Positions 1 to 12,439 of a stretch of 64,000 nucleotides of DNA are shown in pieces. A model generated the notes under the pieces. The model was not told where the DNA came from. It saw nothing but the letters and a program-made list of their open reading frames with translations, and searched no databases. Origin of the DNA: Octopus sinensis (taxonomy: Eukaryota). How positions within the stretch are numbered: position 1 is the first letter of the stretch; every line of letters starts with the position of its first letter. The position numbers were made by a program, and so were the translations under genes. The stretch covers positions 116,374,001-116,438,000 of the forward strand of contig NC_042999.1 in the NCBI RefSeq assembly GCF_006345805.1. The letters run 5' to 3'.

Positions 1-34
1 CAAACACAAACTCACACACATACACACACACATA

Positions 35-198
35 TACGACAAGCTCTTTTCAGTTTTCGTTTTCAATATTCATTCACAACGCTTTGGTTGGCACGAGGCT
101 ATAGTTGAAGACATTTGCCCGAGGTGCCACGAAGTAGGACCGAGGCCGAAACCAGGGGGGTTGGGAGGCAAACTTCTCACCACACAGCCACGCCTGTG
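35..198 (-). mobile_element. SINE family A, 5' half (tRNA-like head)
   Basis: Reverse complement matches the head of the full-length family A copies at 50945 and 56903; boundaries approximate. Confidence 0.8.
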
Positions 199-781
199 CT
201 TTATATAAATATGTGTGTGCATGTGTGTGTTTGTATGTGTGTGTGTGTATGTATGTACATGTATGTATATAAGGTAAAGCAAAAATAGAAATAAAACTAA
301 AAACAAAAGCAAATATGAAGGATGTATGTTCACAGTGAATGAATTAGGTTGAAGTTCAGTTTAAGGGGTAAATACACACACTCGCACACACATACACACA
401 AACACACACATACAAACACACGCACACAAACACACACGCACACAAACACACACGCACACACAGACTCACACACACACACACCTACACACACACACAGACG
501 AGCGACTGGGCAAACGAAGGAAAAAGAAACTCAACGTGTAAGAGTTACATGTATTACTCAAAACAATTTGATTCGGTTCCATGCGACTTAAGGTTTCTCA
601 ATCAGGAATTGAGGGCCCAAGGCAAAGCAAGTCATAAATTACCAGCTACGTAGGTAGTTCACGTAGGGGAGGGAAATTCAGTTACTAAATTCAATAGAAA
701 TTCAGAGGTGGAGTAACGGGTCAAATGAATAATTGACAAGTGTTAAGTTCTCTTACATTAATTTGCTTTCTCGAATAATTG

Positions 782-927
782 AGTGGTACCCTAATTTGTC
801 ACCCTGTTTACCACCTGGCTTTTGGATTCCTTTAGATACCTTTAACGGTTTTTGGATCCCTTTAGATACCTTCAGTGGTACCCTAATCTGTCACCCGGTT
901 TACTACCCGGCTTTTGGATACATTTAG
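782..927. repeat. Short imperfect tandem duplication (about 92-bp period)
   Basis: agtggtaccctaat(t/c)tgtcaccc...ggcttttggat at 782 and 874, plus an internal repeat of ttttggat(t/c)cctttagatacctt. Confidence 0.8.
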
Positions 928-1670
928 CGGTTTAGCGAAGTCCATTCTGTCGAGAATATTTGGGTGAGTTCTCTGAGGATAACACATTTTTATACATTGT
1001 TTCCTATTAAAGACACTCGTAAGTCGTAGTTTTATGTCCCATTCATCTCTCTACTAGTACATATACGTTGCAACTGTTATGGAAGTAGCCGTTCCTCTTC
1101 TGACTAAGTCTTATAAAAATACTTTCTCCTACAACTTTTGACATGTTCACTTATGTAAGCAGCTAATTCATAAACTTAAACAAAGAAATTAAGTTCATTT
1201 ATCGTGAAGACAGGAGCGCTCTGACGTTCTTTTTATTGTCTGTATTTATTTGTGTTTCACTTTTTCCGATACAAACTATAACTAGTTTCTTCAGACGATA
1301 GTTTAATTTTCTCCTTGTTAATTCATAAACTGGGCAGAATAATTGGAAAGCAAGGATTGGCTTCTGACGAACTATAAAAAACTGAATGGACAAAAAAGAA
1401 AATAAAACCAATCCTAAACTTATTTAACTATTTTTTATAGATCTATATCGCCACCTCTTTTACGTGACAGCACTGCGCATGGTGATGAGGTATCAAATAA
1501 ATAAAGCCATATCAGGGTAAACTCTCCCGTTGGCTTTGGAGCAGTGAAGATGGATGCCTGTTAGTCAGATTTCCAATATTGGTCCTTCGTAAAAATTTTG
1601 TACGCGTTGTTACGCTGACATGATTCAAAACAGTCAATTGATAAGCTATATTTCATATGTAGTTAAAGTA

Positions 1671-1870
1671 GAGGGCTGGCACAATCGTTAGCACGCCGAG
1701 AAAATTGCTTAGCGGCATTTTGTCCGTCTTTATGTCCTCGGTTCAAATGCTGTCGACTTCGCCTTTCATCCTTTCGGGGTCGCTAAAATATACCAGTTGG
1801 ACATTAGGTTGATTTAATCGTCTTAGTCCCTCACTCAAAATTGCTGGCCGCGTGCCGAAATTTGAGACCA
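1671..1870 (+). mobile_element. SINE family B
   Basis: gctggcacaatcgttagcacgccg...gacttcgcctttcatcctttcggggtcg, shared with the copies at 16821, 27703, 28578 and 52913. Confidence 0.8.
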
Positions 1871-2184
1871 AAACTTAACTTGTAGTTTTGAGTAAATAAA
1901 CATTTTATTTTCAAAGAAGTAAGTCACACATTTATCTAAGAAATAGACGCATGGTCAAAAAGTACTTTTCGTAAGAATCGATGTTGTTTTGGATTGGATA
2001 GTAATGTACAGCACCGTGGATGAGTGTGTTTTAACACAGCCCCGAAGATAACTAAGCCTTGTGAGAGAAATTTCGTTGAGGAATACTATGCAGAAGGTCG
2101 TTGTATGTATGTATGTATGTATGTATGTATGTATGTATGTATGTATGTATGTATGTATGTATGTATTTACGTATCTTCTATTTT

Positions 2185-2680
2185 TTAATTATTATAAATC
2201 TTCCACTGAGGAAAGAGCCGGTTTCCAACAAAGATACAAGGCTCTATCTTTGGGATGCAGTTAACATAAACAAATTCACATTTGGAACTTGAGAAAAGTC
2301 TGGTATATTTTTACTATTTCACTCAGACTGCATTTGAAATGTGCGAATCAGCTGGTCGATTTATCTTTCTGAAAATCCAAGTTTATCAAGATTCTCCTTT
2401 AAGCATTTACTAACAAAACCTAGTGTTCCAATTATTATTGGTATGAATAAGAATTCATAGTCTAGATATAGAAGCTGGAGGTTTCGAAGCAGTTGTCCGT
2501 AAATATCCTCTTTTCATTTGATTTACAAAGAGATATTTAGATCTGCAGGGCAGCTGGCCTCTACGATGGTACATACCTTTGTCCCTCTGTCCCAAACAAC
2601 AGTTCCGGCCTGTTATGTTTACATTTGACAGAGGTTTTGATGGGAATGTTCCACCAGTATTCCTTGAGTTGGCGTTTATG
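2185..2680 (-). mobile_element. 3' end of an R4/Dong-like non-LTR retrotransposon (restriction-like endonuclease remnant)
   Basis: Minus-strand translation gives YWWNIPIKTSVKCKHNRPE... and RNLQLLYLDYEFLFIPIIIGTLGFV..., typical of the PD-(D/E)xK RLE domain of R4-clade LINEs. It is broken by stops and frameshifts and ends in a short (AAT) tail near 2185. Confidence 0.7.
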
Positions 2681-2681
2681 A

Positions 2682-2918
2682 ATGTGTATGTATGTATGTA
2701 TGTATGTATTATGTATGTATGTATGTATGTATGTATGTATGTATGTATGTATGTATGTATGTATGTATGTATGTATGTATGTATGTATGTATGCATGCAT
2801 GCATGTATGTATGTATGTATTATGTATGCATGCATGTGTGCATGTATGTATGTTTGTATGCATGCATGTATGTATGTATGTATGTATGTATGTATGTATG
2901 TATGAATGAATGTATGTA
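2682..2918. repeat. (TATG)n microsatellite, representative of many in the window
   Basis: Direct tandem TATG. Similar tracts at about 2103, 11130, 29900, 38650, 53478, 56290 and 57885 produce the spurious MYVC/HTYI ORFs. Confidence 0.95.
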
Positions 2919-3517
2919 TACGATGGAAACACTAATAAAACACTGAATAAAATGAGATCCTAGTCAACTTTGCTTTTGGTCTATCTCTGAAGCTATATGA
3001 CAAGGAACTGCTTTAACTTAGGCAATCGATTAAATGAAATCAAAGGTGCTACCCAAGCATAGCCACAATGCAGTGACTGAAACGATCAGCACTAATCTAC
3101 TACATATATATATATCAAAGAGAGTTTGTGTGTGTATGTGTGCGCGCGTATGTGTGTGCGTATGTTCGTAATGCATTCGGAAACTGAGTTGCCGATTTTG
3201 ACGCATGGGGTATCAAAAGATTTAGTAATCTTTCAGCTACCAAATAAACTTTATTTTCATTTACTCTACAACAACCAGGTTTCATTAGAAAGTGAAAATA
3301 GTTTCACACTTTCACTCTGAACCAATATATCACGGCTTTATATCATACGGTTTGAACTTGCCACCGTAAGCTAATCAAACATGCATTAATCATGCATTAT
3401 TCTATTTGCTTGTTGCAATAATCCGCAGCGAATAATCCTTCTTTTCAAAACTACTGGCCCTGTGCATAAATCAGTAATCATTATGAATAAAATTCATTAC
3501 AAAGTTCTTTCGTTTGC

Positions 3518-3722
3518 TTTCATTCATTTTACTTGTCTCATTCGTTGGACTGCGGCCATGCTGGGGCAGCACCTTAATGGGTTCAGTTGAATAAGTCGTG
3601 GTCAGTACTTTTTTTTGAAAGTCTGGTTTTTATTATATCATTCTTTACCTACCGAACTGCTAGCTTACAGGGACGTAAACAAACCAATACCGGTTGTCAA
3701 TCGGCGAGGGGGACAAACACAA
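3518..3722 (-). mobile_element. SINE family A, 3' half
   Basis: gactgcggccatgctggggcagcacc...cgtaaacaaaccaataccggttgtcaa...gacaaacac matches the family A tail. Confidence 0.7.
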
Positions 3723-3779
3723 AATAGAATGAGCGCACACACACGCACTCTTACGTGTATATATACATAGATACATGCA

Positions 3780-3815
<36 letters not shown>

Positions 3816-3851
3816 TAAACATGCATGTATATATATATATATATATAATAT

Positions 3852-3915
<64 letters not shown>

Positions 3916-4022
3916 ATATATAAAGTTAATCCAAACATGAAAACACAAAGAGAAAACACAACGCGAGGACGTGGAACAAATATAGTCTTATTAGACGCTC
4001 AGGAAGGAAGGGAAGAAGGAGG

Positions 4023-4057
4023 GTTTAACGTTTCGAGCGGAGCTCTTCGTCAGAAAC
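4023..4057 (-). ncRNA. Minimal type I hammerhead ribozyme motif
   Basis: Minus strand reads GUUU CUGACGA A GAGC ucc GCUC GAAA CG UU AAAC: intact core, 4-bp stem II, 4-bp stem I, palindromic ACGU stem III (dimer type), GUU cleavage triplet. It lies in a ~210-bp repeat (3922-4132) embedded in (TA)n. Confidence 0.7.
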
Positions 4058-4162
4058 AGGAAAAGGAAAGATCCAGAGAAGGGAAGACGGAGGAAAAAAA
4101 TCGCCAACGGTACACATGTGGTCACATTTTGAATATATATATATTTATATATATATATATAT

Positions 4163-6312
4163 GCGACAGTATACTAAAAAGTTCCCGGTTAATATAGGGC
4201 GTAACAAATATCAGAAAATCAAAAAAAAAATGTGTGTAATAGGTGTAAAACAACTTCCTATGAACGAATATGAAAAAAAAAAATTCGCGCACGCGAAAGG
4301 GGGGTGGGGAGAGGCCTCGGAAAATTCACATCGGGAAGTTCCGAAAGCGTCTGAGGAGCTGACCCGGGCACCAAAACAAAAAAAAATAGTGTAATATGTG
4401 TAAAACAACTTGCTCTAAACGAATATGACAAAAAAAAATGCGCTCTCGAGAAAGAGGGATGGGGGAGAGGCCTCGGAATATTTATATCGGGAATTTCCGA
4501 AAGCGTCTGAACCGGGCACAAAAACAAAAAGAAAAACAGCGTAATAGGTGTAAAACAACTTGCTCTAAACGACTATCATGAAAAAATGCGCGCTCGCGAA
4601 AGGGGGGTGGGGGAGAGGCTTCGGAAATTTCACATCTTCAGTCCACGGCCTTTAAACTAAGAAAAAATAGTGTAATTGGTGTAAAACTACTTGTTCTAAA
4701 CGAGTATCAAGAACACACACTCACACATGAATCATAAACTCCGTATTTCGCAAAAAAAAAAATAAAGAGAAGAAATTCTGGAAAAAGTGAAGAAATGTTG
4801 GATCTCATTCCTTGGTTAAAGCTATTTTAAACATTAAATTTATGCTTTTCTTTGAAATAGTTCAGATATATGCAATTCTTCTCACTTATTAAGATGCATT
4901 TATCAGAAAAAAAGAGACAGAAAAAATTATTATTTTGTGTCAATCCTTCCCTAATTATCCTTTATTAATTAGTTTTGGCGTGTATTTTTTTCCCAAATTT
5001 ATTTTTTCACCTTTACAACACTGTTTAGTAAAGCAATTAATTATCTTTATAATTTGCATATTTGACTTATTAATCAAAATTCTCTAGATGTAATATATAC
5101 TAAGTAATGCATCCTTCATTTATGTGTTCCGTTCTGTATTATGCATGCGTGACTGTTTGTATGTAAGTGTGTTTAACTGTGCACATGAATGTGAATATTA
5201 AAGAACATATTTATTTACTATGATTGTTATTTTCAGAACAAATAAACCTTTTGGCTGTTATGTTATTGATGTTATTATTATTGCTAGTTAAAGGGTGGTG
5301 ACTTGGCTGAATATTTTGAGTCTTGTAGTATGTAGTTGTGTTAGTCAATATTCTGAGTTCAAATCCAACTCATTTCTTTATCATCATTATCGATGGACCA
5401 CTCAAAGAGGTATGTATACATTATCATTTTCGTAACATAATTTCTGTAGTATTTCAAGATGTTTCTGACACGTATTTTGATTCACATGGCGGAGATCCAA
5501 CATTTCTTCACTTTTTCCAGAATTTCTTCTCTTTATTTTTTTTTTTTGCGAAATACGGAGTTTATGATTCATGTGTGAGTGTGTGTTCTTGATACTCGTT
5601 TAGAACAAGTAGTTTTACACCAATTACACTATTTTTTCTTAGTTTAAAGGCCGTGGACTGAAGATGTGAAATTTCCGAAGCCTCTCCCCCACTCCCCTTT
5701 CGCGAGCGCGCATTTTTTTCATGATAGTCGTTTAGAGCAAGTTGTTTTACACCTATTACGCTGTTTTTCTTTTTGTTTTTGTGCCCGGTTCAGACGCTTT
5801 CGGAAATTCCCGATATAAATATTCCGAGGCCTCTCCCCCACCCCTCTTTCTCGAGAGCGCATTTTGTTTTTCATATTCGTTTAGAGCAAGTTGTTTTACA
5901 CATATTACACTATTTTTTTTTTGTTTTGGTGCCCGGGTCAGCCCCTCAGACGCTTTCGGAACTTCCCGATGTGAATTTTCCGAGGCCTCTCCCCCACCCC
6001 CCTTTCGCGTGCGCGAATTTTTTTTTTCATATTCGTTCATAGGAAGTTGTTTTACACCTATTACACACATTTTTTTTTGATTTTCTGATATTTGTTACGC
6101 CCTATATTAACCAAAGTTCCTGGCTTTGGGTAAAAGAAAATACAGGAGGATCAGTTAATTATTTTATTCAGCATATTCCCTTCTCAGATTCACACACTTA
6201 TTGCAGCGGTCCTTCAGCTTTTCTAAGCTCTGTAGAAGATTTTGGAATGTTGGGCTTCCAACCAGGCCTTTCGCTATACCCTTAAAGCCAGGAACTTTTC
6301 ACCACCCCTCGT
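4163..6312 (-). mobile_element. Mariner-derived MITE, interrupted by the foldback element
   Basis: Removing 4187-6121 restores a left TIR ...aaaagttcctggcttt that is inverse to aaagccaggaacttttcaccacccctcgt (about 6284-6312). The internal minus-strand sequence resembles the mariner transposase C-terminus (...LEKLKDRCNKCVNLR.EY..). Confidence 0.75.
4187..6112. mobile_element. Foldback / MULE-like non-autonomous DNA transposon, ~620-bp TIRs, 9-bp TSD
   Basis: TIRs at 4187-4806 and 5492-6112 are nearly perfect inverses, start with GGTTAATATAGGG and are built of ~150-bp subrepeats. Flanks are aaagttccc (4178-4186) and aaagttcct (6113-6121). Confidence 0.9.
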
Positions 6313-6499
6313 GTGTGTGTGTGCGTATGTGAGTTTTGCTGCTTGAAGGGTTTTTAACTCTTATTTCTTGCAATGTATGTGCTACCCTGCACCCATGGTC
6401 ACAATTTGTGAAAACATTACATCAATCTGAAATAAACCGTTCTCCTCGGGCGCAGACGACCTTATAAATTTCCCACATAAAGGATAAACCATTATTTTT

Positions 6500-6571
6500 T
6501 AGCAAAATTTCATCAGTAGAATAGACTAAAATAATTACATTGTTTCAATTTGCTATTTTTGTGACAGAATG
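6500..6571 (-). ncRNA. Rearranged (non-circularly permuted) hammerhead-like motif, degenerate stem I
   Basis: Minus strand reads CAUUCUGUC acaaaaa UAGCAAAUU GAAACAAUG ... CUGAUGA AAUUUUGCUA. GUC precedes GAAA, which precedes CUGAUGA; stem II has 9 bp and stem III 3+3 bp. Confidence 0.5.
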
Positions 6572-8234
6572 AATTTAGGGAAAAGATGTATGCCCAAAGC
6601 CCACTACAATTTAGGGTGGCAGAGGAAAATAATAGGGGTCAAGAAAGAGGAATGGTGATATAGCTACATTTGTATTTTATCACATTCATAAGACTTAATG
6701 CAGCCTGTTGTCTACAACCCATTAGAATTAAATTCACTGGGAACTGCCAGTTAAGTTCTTGTTGGTGGTGTTAAATTAATTGATATCAGATACTCTCCCC
6801 GACCCCTATTTTACTGGGACCATAAAGCCAGCCTTATCTGCATAAAAAGAAATATCTCAGAGTTGCTAGTAAGATAATGACAGATAGAAAAGAGGTGATA
6901 ACCAGAAAGAGGAAGGAAAGGCGTAGCTAAACATATTATGATTATCAAATGAAAGGGGCATAAATTGAGAAGCAAAAGAAGTCACGATGGGTTCCAAATG
7001 TGGGAATTAAAGGTGAGGGTAAAGAGGTGTATCCTAACTTGGCAAAAATTTATATATTATATTAAAATTTAGAGAAGGATTTTAGAACCATGCAAAAGAA
7101 AAAGGCTAGATAAATCAACTTAAACCACCTTAAAAGTGGAGTACTTTAATATATAAGAGAAAGCTTATAAGGCCTTTTTCCTAGCATATTGCTAAGATGG
7201 TCATGCTAAAACTATTCAACAATGAACCTGTGCTCAAATTAAGATATCATCAAAGTAGGAGTACATATTGAATCAAAACCAGAGATTACAGGCTGAAGAA
7301 ATAAGATATTTCTATATCAGGAAAACTTATTTAAAAAAAAAAACTTGAAAGAAATTTTTGTATAAAAATTACCAGCATTATGAAAACATATGAAATGATA
7401 TAAGATGGTATAAAAATACAAGAAGGTATAAAAGGTATAAAAATACCACATATACATAAAACTATCACATATATATAAATTTCATAGAATTTATGAAATA
7501 TGTATAGTACAATTATAAATATAAATATAAACACCATATTGCACTATATTATACCATAAGTTTTATGAAGAGGAGTTACAAACTCCTCCACAATCCATAG
7601 AAGTTACAGCAGTGTATACATATATAAGAATATACAATAATGTAATATAAGATAAAAGAATAAATAAAATAAAATAATAATAAATAATAGACAAAAAAAT
7701 GTGCATAAAATTCCAATAAAGAATTTAGAAAATGAAAAAATAAAGTAAAGATAAAAATTTTATATTGTGAATGCCATAAAATGTATAACGGATATAAAAA
7801 GAGATAAAAAAAATAAAAAACAAAAAAATAAGGATAAGTCAAGGTATGTATAACAAACGCTAAATTAAAGGTAAATAAAATAAGAGAATTATACCATTGG
7901 AAATGGTTTTATAAAATATTTGTAAAATATATTATTATAGACACAGATATGTGTAGAATAATAACATTTCACAGGGGGTAGGCATACAATATACCTAAGT
8001 GAGGCGTAAGATCTGGTAATCTAACGCAGATATACATGTAACTAATAGGGAAGAAAATCTTAGAACCAAAATGGGATTAATGTAATATAAGTATTGGAGA
8101 AATGCAGATTAAAAAAGTAGGGGGTTATAAGAGAGCATTATTACGTATATTTCTATATAAAAGAGGGTATTTTATGAATAATACGACACCCTGGATAATT
8201 CCTGCCACCAAATCATAGTATGATTTGTATAATA

Positions 8235-8666
8235 TTATCTGTTTCTAAAATATTTGAAGGTATGGGTGATCCTATGTACACAAGATGCTCTAAGGTCTAA
8301 TCTATTATTAATTAGCTTATCTCTAAACTTGAAAATTTCGTAAATTTCCATATAACATAGTTCGCATCCATATCGGCTTTCTTTGTATGGCTGAGCTCTA
8401 CGTACTATATATCCCATTTAAGGCTAAATTTAATATTGCTATCCTTAAGTTTCCAGATTTTCATAGATAACGAGGCACTGTTGGCTTTATATCTAAGCCT
8501 AAAAGATGAAAAATAGTTATTTAGGTGCTTCTTCGAGCATCTGACGTAAATAAAGTTAGTAATTTCAGTCATTATTGTACATTTGTATATAACATTTTGA
8601 GCTAAACATCGACCTAATAACGGGCATTGAGATATTACCCTACAATTGCAGCTGGGGTTATTATTG

Positions 8667-8717
<51 letters not shown>

Positions 8718-9560
8718 TTATTATTATTATTATTAGTAGTAGTAGTAGTAGTAGTAGTAGTACTTCTATCAATTATAGTATCATCATTAAAGGTATTACT
8801 CAAATTCGTTGTAGTATTATCAGGTGAGTCAATAATGCTCGAGTTATTATATCTATCATTATCACTATTTATATTAGTTCTATTGTATTGGATTCTTACA
8901 TATCTACTATTATTATCATCATTATTATGGGTTAAAAGACTATTGACAATATTGTTATTACCAATCTCTCGGGCCAGTTGTATATTTCTTCTGTTAAATC
9001 GGACTATAATTGTGCCTATATTAGAAAGGGTGGAATATGAGATTCTGATTGTCTTACCAGAGATGATTTTGTGATACTTGTGAGAAGCTGGGAAGTTTGT
9101 TTTTTTTCTAAAATCGCCATAAAATTATCATATATATTTGTAGAGATAGCACAGTTGAAGGGAAAGTTATACCAGATTACATTATTATTTCTAAAATTCC
9201 TATAATTATGAAAGCGGATCCTCTCAGTCCTTCTACTACTTCTCGAACTCTCCGTTTGATTATCAAATATGGTCACATTATCGGTATTTATGTTATCATT
9301 AGAGCAGGCTCCATTCATCTCAATCATATCCTTACTATTATTATTGTACATGTTAGTCATTTCACCGCCTTTAGATTCAATTTCATTATTGTTATATATC
9401 TTATTCATTGTTTTAATAGGAATGTTAGCGGCAATCCTAGTAGATCTATGCGCTCGACTAGATGGGCTATTGTTCTTCTTTTCCCTTCCATTTTCATTAC
9501 ACTGCCTAGTTGTTATCTGACTTTCCGAATTAAGGAAAGCAAACTTCTGATTATATACCT
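8235..9560 (-). mobile_element. Penelope-like element remnant: linker plus GIY-YIG endonuclease (pseudogenised)
   Basis: ORF pieces NNVIWYNFPF, CNCRVISQCPLLGRCLAQNVIYKC...LSMKIWKLKDSNIKFSLKWDI and AQPYKESRYGCELC...CVHR match the conserved PLE C-terminal endonuclease region; frameshifted. Confidence 0.85.
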
Positions 9561-9606
9561 GGACATCCTCGTTACTTATTTGCTTTACACACACACACAC
9601 ACACAC

Positions 9607-9650
<44 letters not shown>

Positions 9651-9688
9651 ATATATATATATATATAATATATATATATATTATATAT

Positions 9689-9734
<46 letters not shown>

Positions 9735-9749
9735 GATAGATAGATAGAG

Positions 9750-10340
9750 GAAAAGAAAGTTGGACGATTGCCTAATTCCCTTTTTCTCCCCTTCACCGTT
9801 TTTTATCTGTTTCTCTCTTACCCCTCTCTCTCTCTCTTTTCTCTCTCTCACTGCTCACACCTGACCATCGTTCATCTTTCTTTTCCTCATGTTACCATCT
9901 TTCTTTTCCTGCACGACGTTCTAAGGACTGGACGTCTTCTATCTCTCTCTTCTACCTTTTTCCTTTCCAAAGAAAATATTTCCCCCAGCGTTCACTGTTT
10001 TCCTCTTGTTCTGGTTTAACGACCCTCCTTGTTTGTTTTCGTTCGGTTTCCTTGTATGTCTCCGCTGTCCTGTTTTTTGTCCTCAACTTTGACCCTCCAT
10101 AAATCCAAAATTACATTTTGGAATTTATGGGAGCAACTGTCTTCGAAGACTCATATTGTCGTTGAATGCTCGAAATGAGGAGTAGATAGACAACCGACAA
10201 CCGACAACCGACGAAGGGTCGTTCTCCGTGTTACTTGTCCCGTTTGCCATTTTTTCTCTCGTTGTTTGCATATTTAACTCGTTTGTTTTCGTACTTCATG
10301 TTGTTTACAAAGTTGGTGGACGTCCTGTACCCATATATGC
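9750..10340 (+). mobile_element. PLE-type non-coding repeat, same superfamily as 30900-31030 and 50320-50670
   Basis: The reverse complement of 10050-10115 (ggatttatggagggtcaaagttg...aacaggacagcggagac) aligns with ggattttgcggagggtcaaaatagg...aacagggcagtgaagac at 30901 and with about 50535. The PLE origin is inferred from the ribozyme motif. Confidence 0.55.
10148..10220 (+). ncRNA. Rearranged hammerhead-like motif (core U4 changed to C)
   Basis: CUCAU A UUGUCG uugaau GCUC GAAA UGAG ... CGACAA CCGACGA A GGGU. Stem III CUCAU/AUGAG (5 bp), stem I UUGUCG/CGACAA (6 bp) and stem II GCUC/GGGU are all in register with the core. Confidence 0.65.
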
Positions 10341-10359
10341 ATAATATCAGCTTTTATAC

Positions 10360-10430
<71 letters not shown>

Positions 10431-11062
10431 ATATATATATATATATATATATCTTCAGCTTCCATCTATAAATTCACTCACAACTCACAAATCTTTGGTC
10501 GCCTCGGGGCAATAGTAGAAGTCACATACTCGAAGTGCCGCGCAGTGGCACTGAGTTTGAAGCCCCCTGGCTGCAAAGCAAGCCTCTTAACAACACAGCC
10601 ATGTTTGTTTATTTTGATAGAATAAATGAATTGGGATGTTCTGACATGCATAAATTTCCCAAGGTTATTAACAACATAAACGAAGTGAAATAGTTTCAAG
10701 CAGATATTGATTGAAACCGTTTGTTAGTCTAGACTTGCGGGGAAATAACCCATTGCTCTAAGATAAATATTATTCTATTTAAAATATTGATTTTTACATT
10801 ATATTCTTATTTGAAACTTGCCAGTCATGAATGTAATACGGGTTCTCTCAATCTGTTGTCCCTTGAATCCCATACTACTATCTTAAGAAAATAGAAGGGG
10901 ACACTGAATGATGTAGTCCTAGATACGCTAGGTTTGAACAAGAAAACACAAGAATGGCTAATCATGGTTGACTAAGTCAAATATAAATGGGGCTAAACAA
11001 TAACAGATGAATGTATACGCACGCGGCGTATACATACATATATACATACATGAATGCATATA

Positions 11063-11106
<44 letters not shown>

Positions 11107-11123
11107 GTATGTGTGTATGTATG

Positions 11124-11157
<34 letters not shown>

Positions 11158-11501
11158 TGTATGTATGTATGTATGTATGTATGTATGTACAACGTATGTG
11201 TAATGTTTAATCGCCAGAAGCGGCGGTTTTCGTCTGGAGAAAATACCACTAAAAGCGTATAGGGTAAAAAAAAAGACAATACATTTCAGCTCTAGGCGAA
11301 ATAAAATTGCTCCCAAAGTGATCACAAGAGTCACAGATATGTATTTCGCCGTAGTTGCAGCTTATCAATGTTACGAACTCATGTCACTTTCGAAAACAAA
11401 ATCGAACTTGCTACACAGATAGTGTATAAAACTATACTTCGGACTAGCTGATTCGATTTTGTTTCACCTAACTCTGAAGCATATTGCTTTTTTTAAAACT
11501 C

Positions 11502-11543
<42 letters not shown>

Positions 11544-11949
11544 CACGTGCGCATGTGTATTACACTCACATTATCAATGATGTTGTTTCTGCAGTGTCAC
11601 GCACGGTAGATCGCACCCATCCATGTCAAAGAATCGAGTATATTATAGGTACGAACAGGCTACTCTGTCTCGCTACTGTGTGGATGTATGCATGTTTTAA
11701 GGTGGCTATCAGCAATTTAAAAACCAAAAAAGCATAAGTACAAACGTCACTAAAGTGGGTAAGGTGGCAAATCAGCACCAGCATTGCTAGAAATAAGAGT
11801 CAAAACAACTTTTAGCCACGAGAAAGCACTTATCTATTGACTGACAAGAGAGATCAATTTCCTTACAGCAAGCGAGGAGTGTCAAATCATCGATAATTTC
11901 AGATTGAATGAGTCCTCATTAGTGACACTCTGTTGCCTAGGGTTGCTAT

Positions 11950-11981
<32 letters not shown>

Positions 11982-11989
11982 CCATACAG

Positions 11990-12075
11990 ACACACACACA
12001 CACACACACACATACACACACACACATATATATATATATATACATATATACGTATACATACATACATACAAGCAT

Positions 12076-12118
<43 letters not shown>

Positions 12119-12143
12119 GTACGTGTGCATTTATAGCATATTA

Positions 12144-12190
<47 letters not shown>

Positions 12191-12217
12191 TACGTATACA
12201 TACATACATACAAGCAT

Positions 12218-12269
<52 letters not shown>

Positions 12270-12306
12270 TATATATATGTATATATATAGTACGTGTGCA
12301 TTTATA

Positions 12307-12359
<53 letters not shown>

Positions 12360-12386
12360 TACGTATACATACATACATACAAGCAT

Positions 12387-12439
<53 letters not shown>

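Noticed and set aside
2061-2946. Many overlapping ORFs such as MYVC, HTYI and IYIY repeats here and across the window
   Set aside because: They are translations of (TATG)n, (TA)n and (CA)n microsatellites that lack stop codons; there is no protein signal.
4232-4710. Regularly spaced repeats that could be mistaken for a CRISPR array
   Set aside because: The ~150-bp units are wholly repeated TIR subrepeats with no unique spacers, the context is eukaryotic and there are no cas genes.
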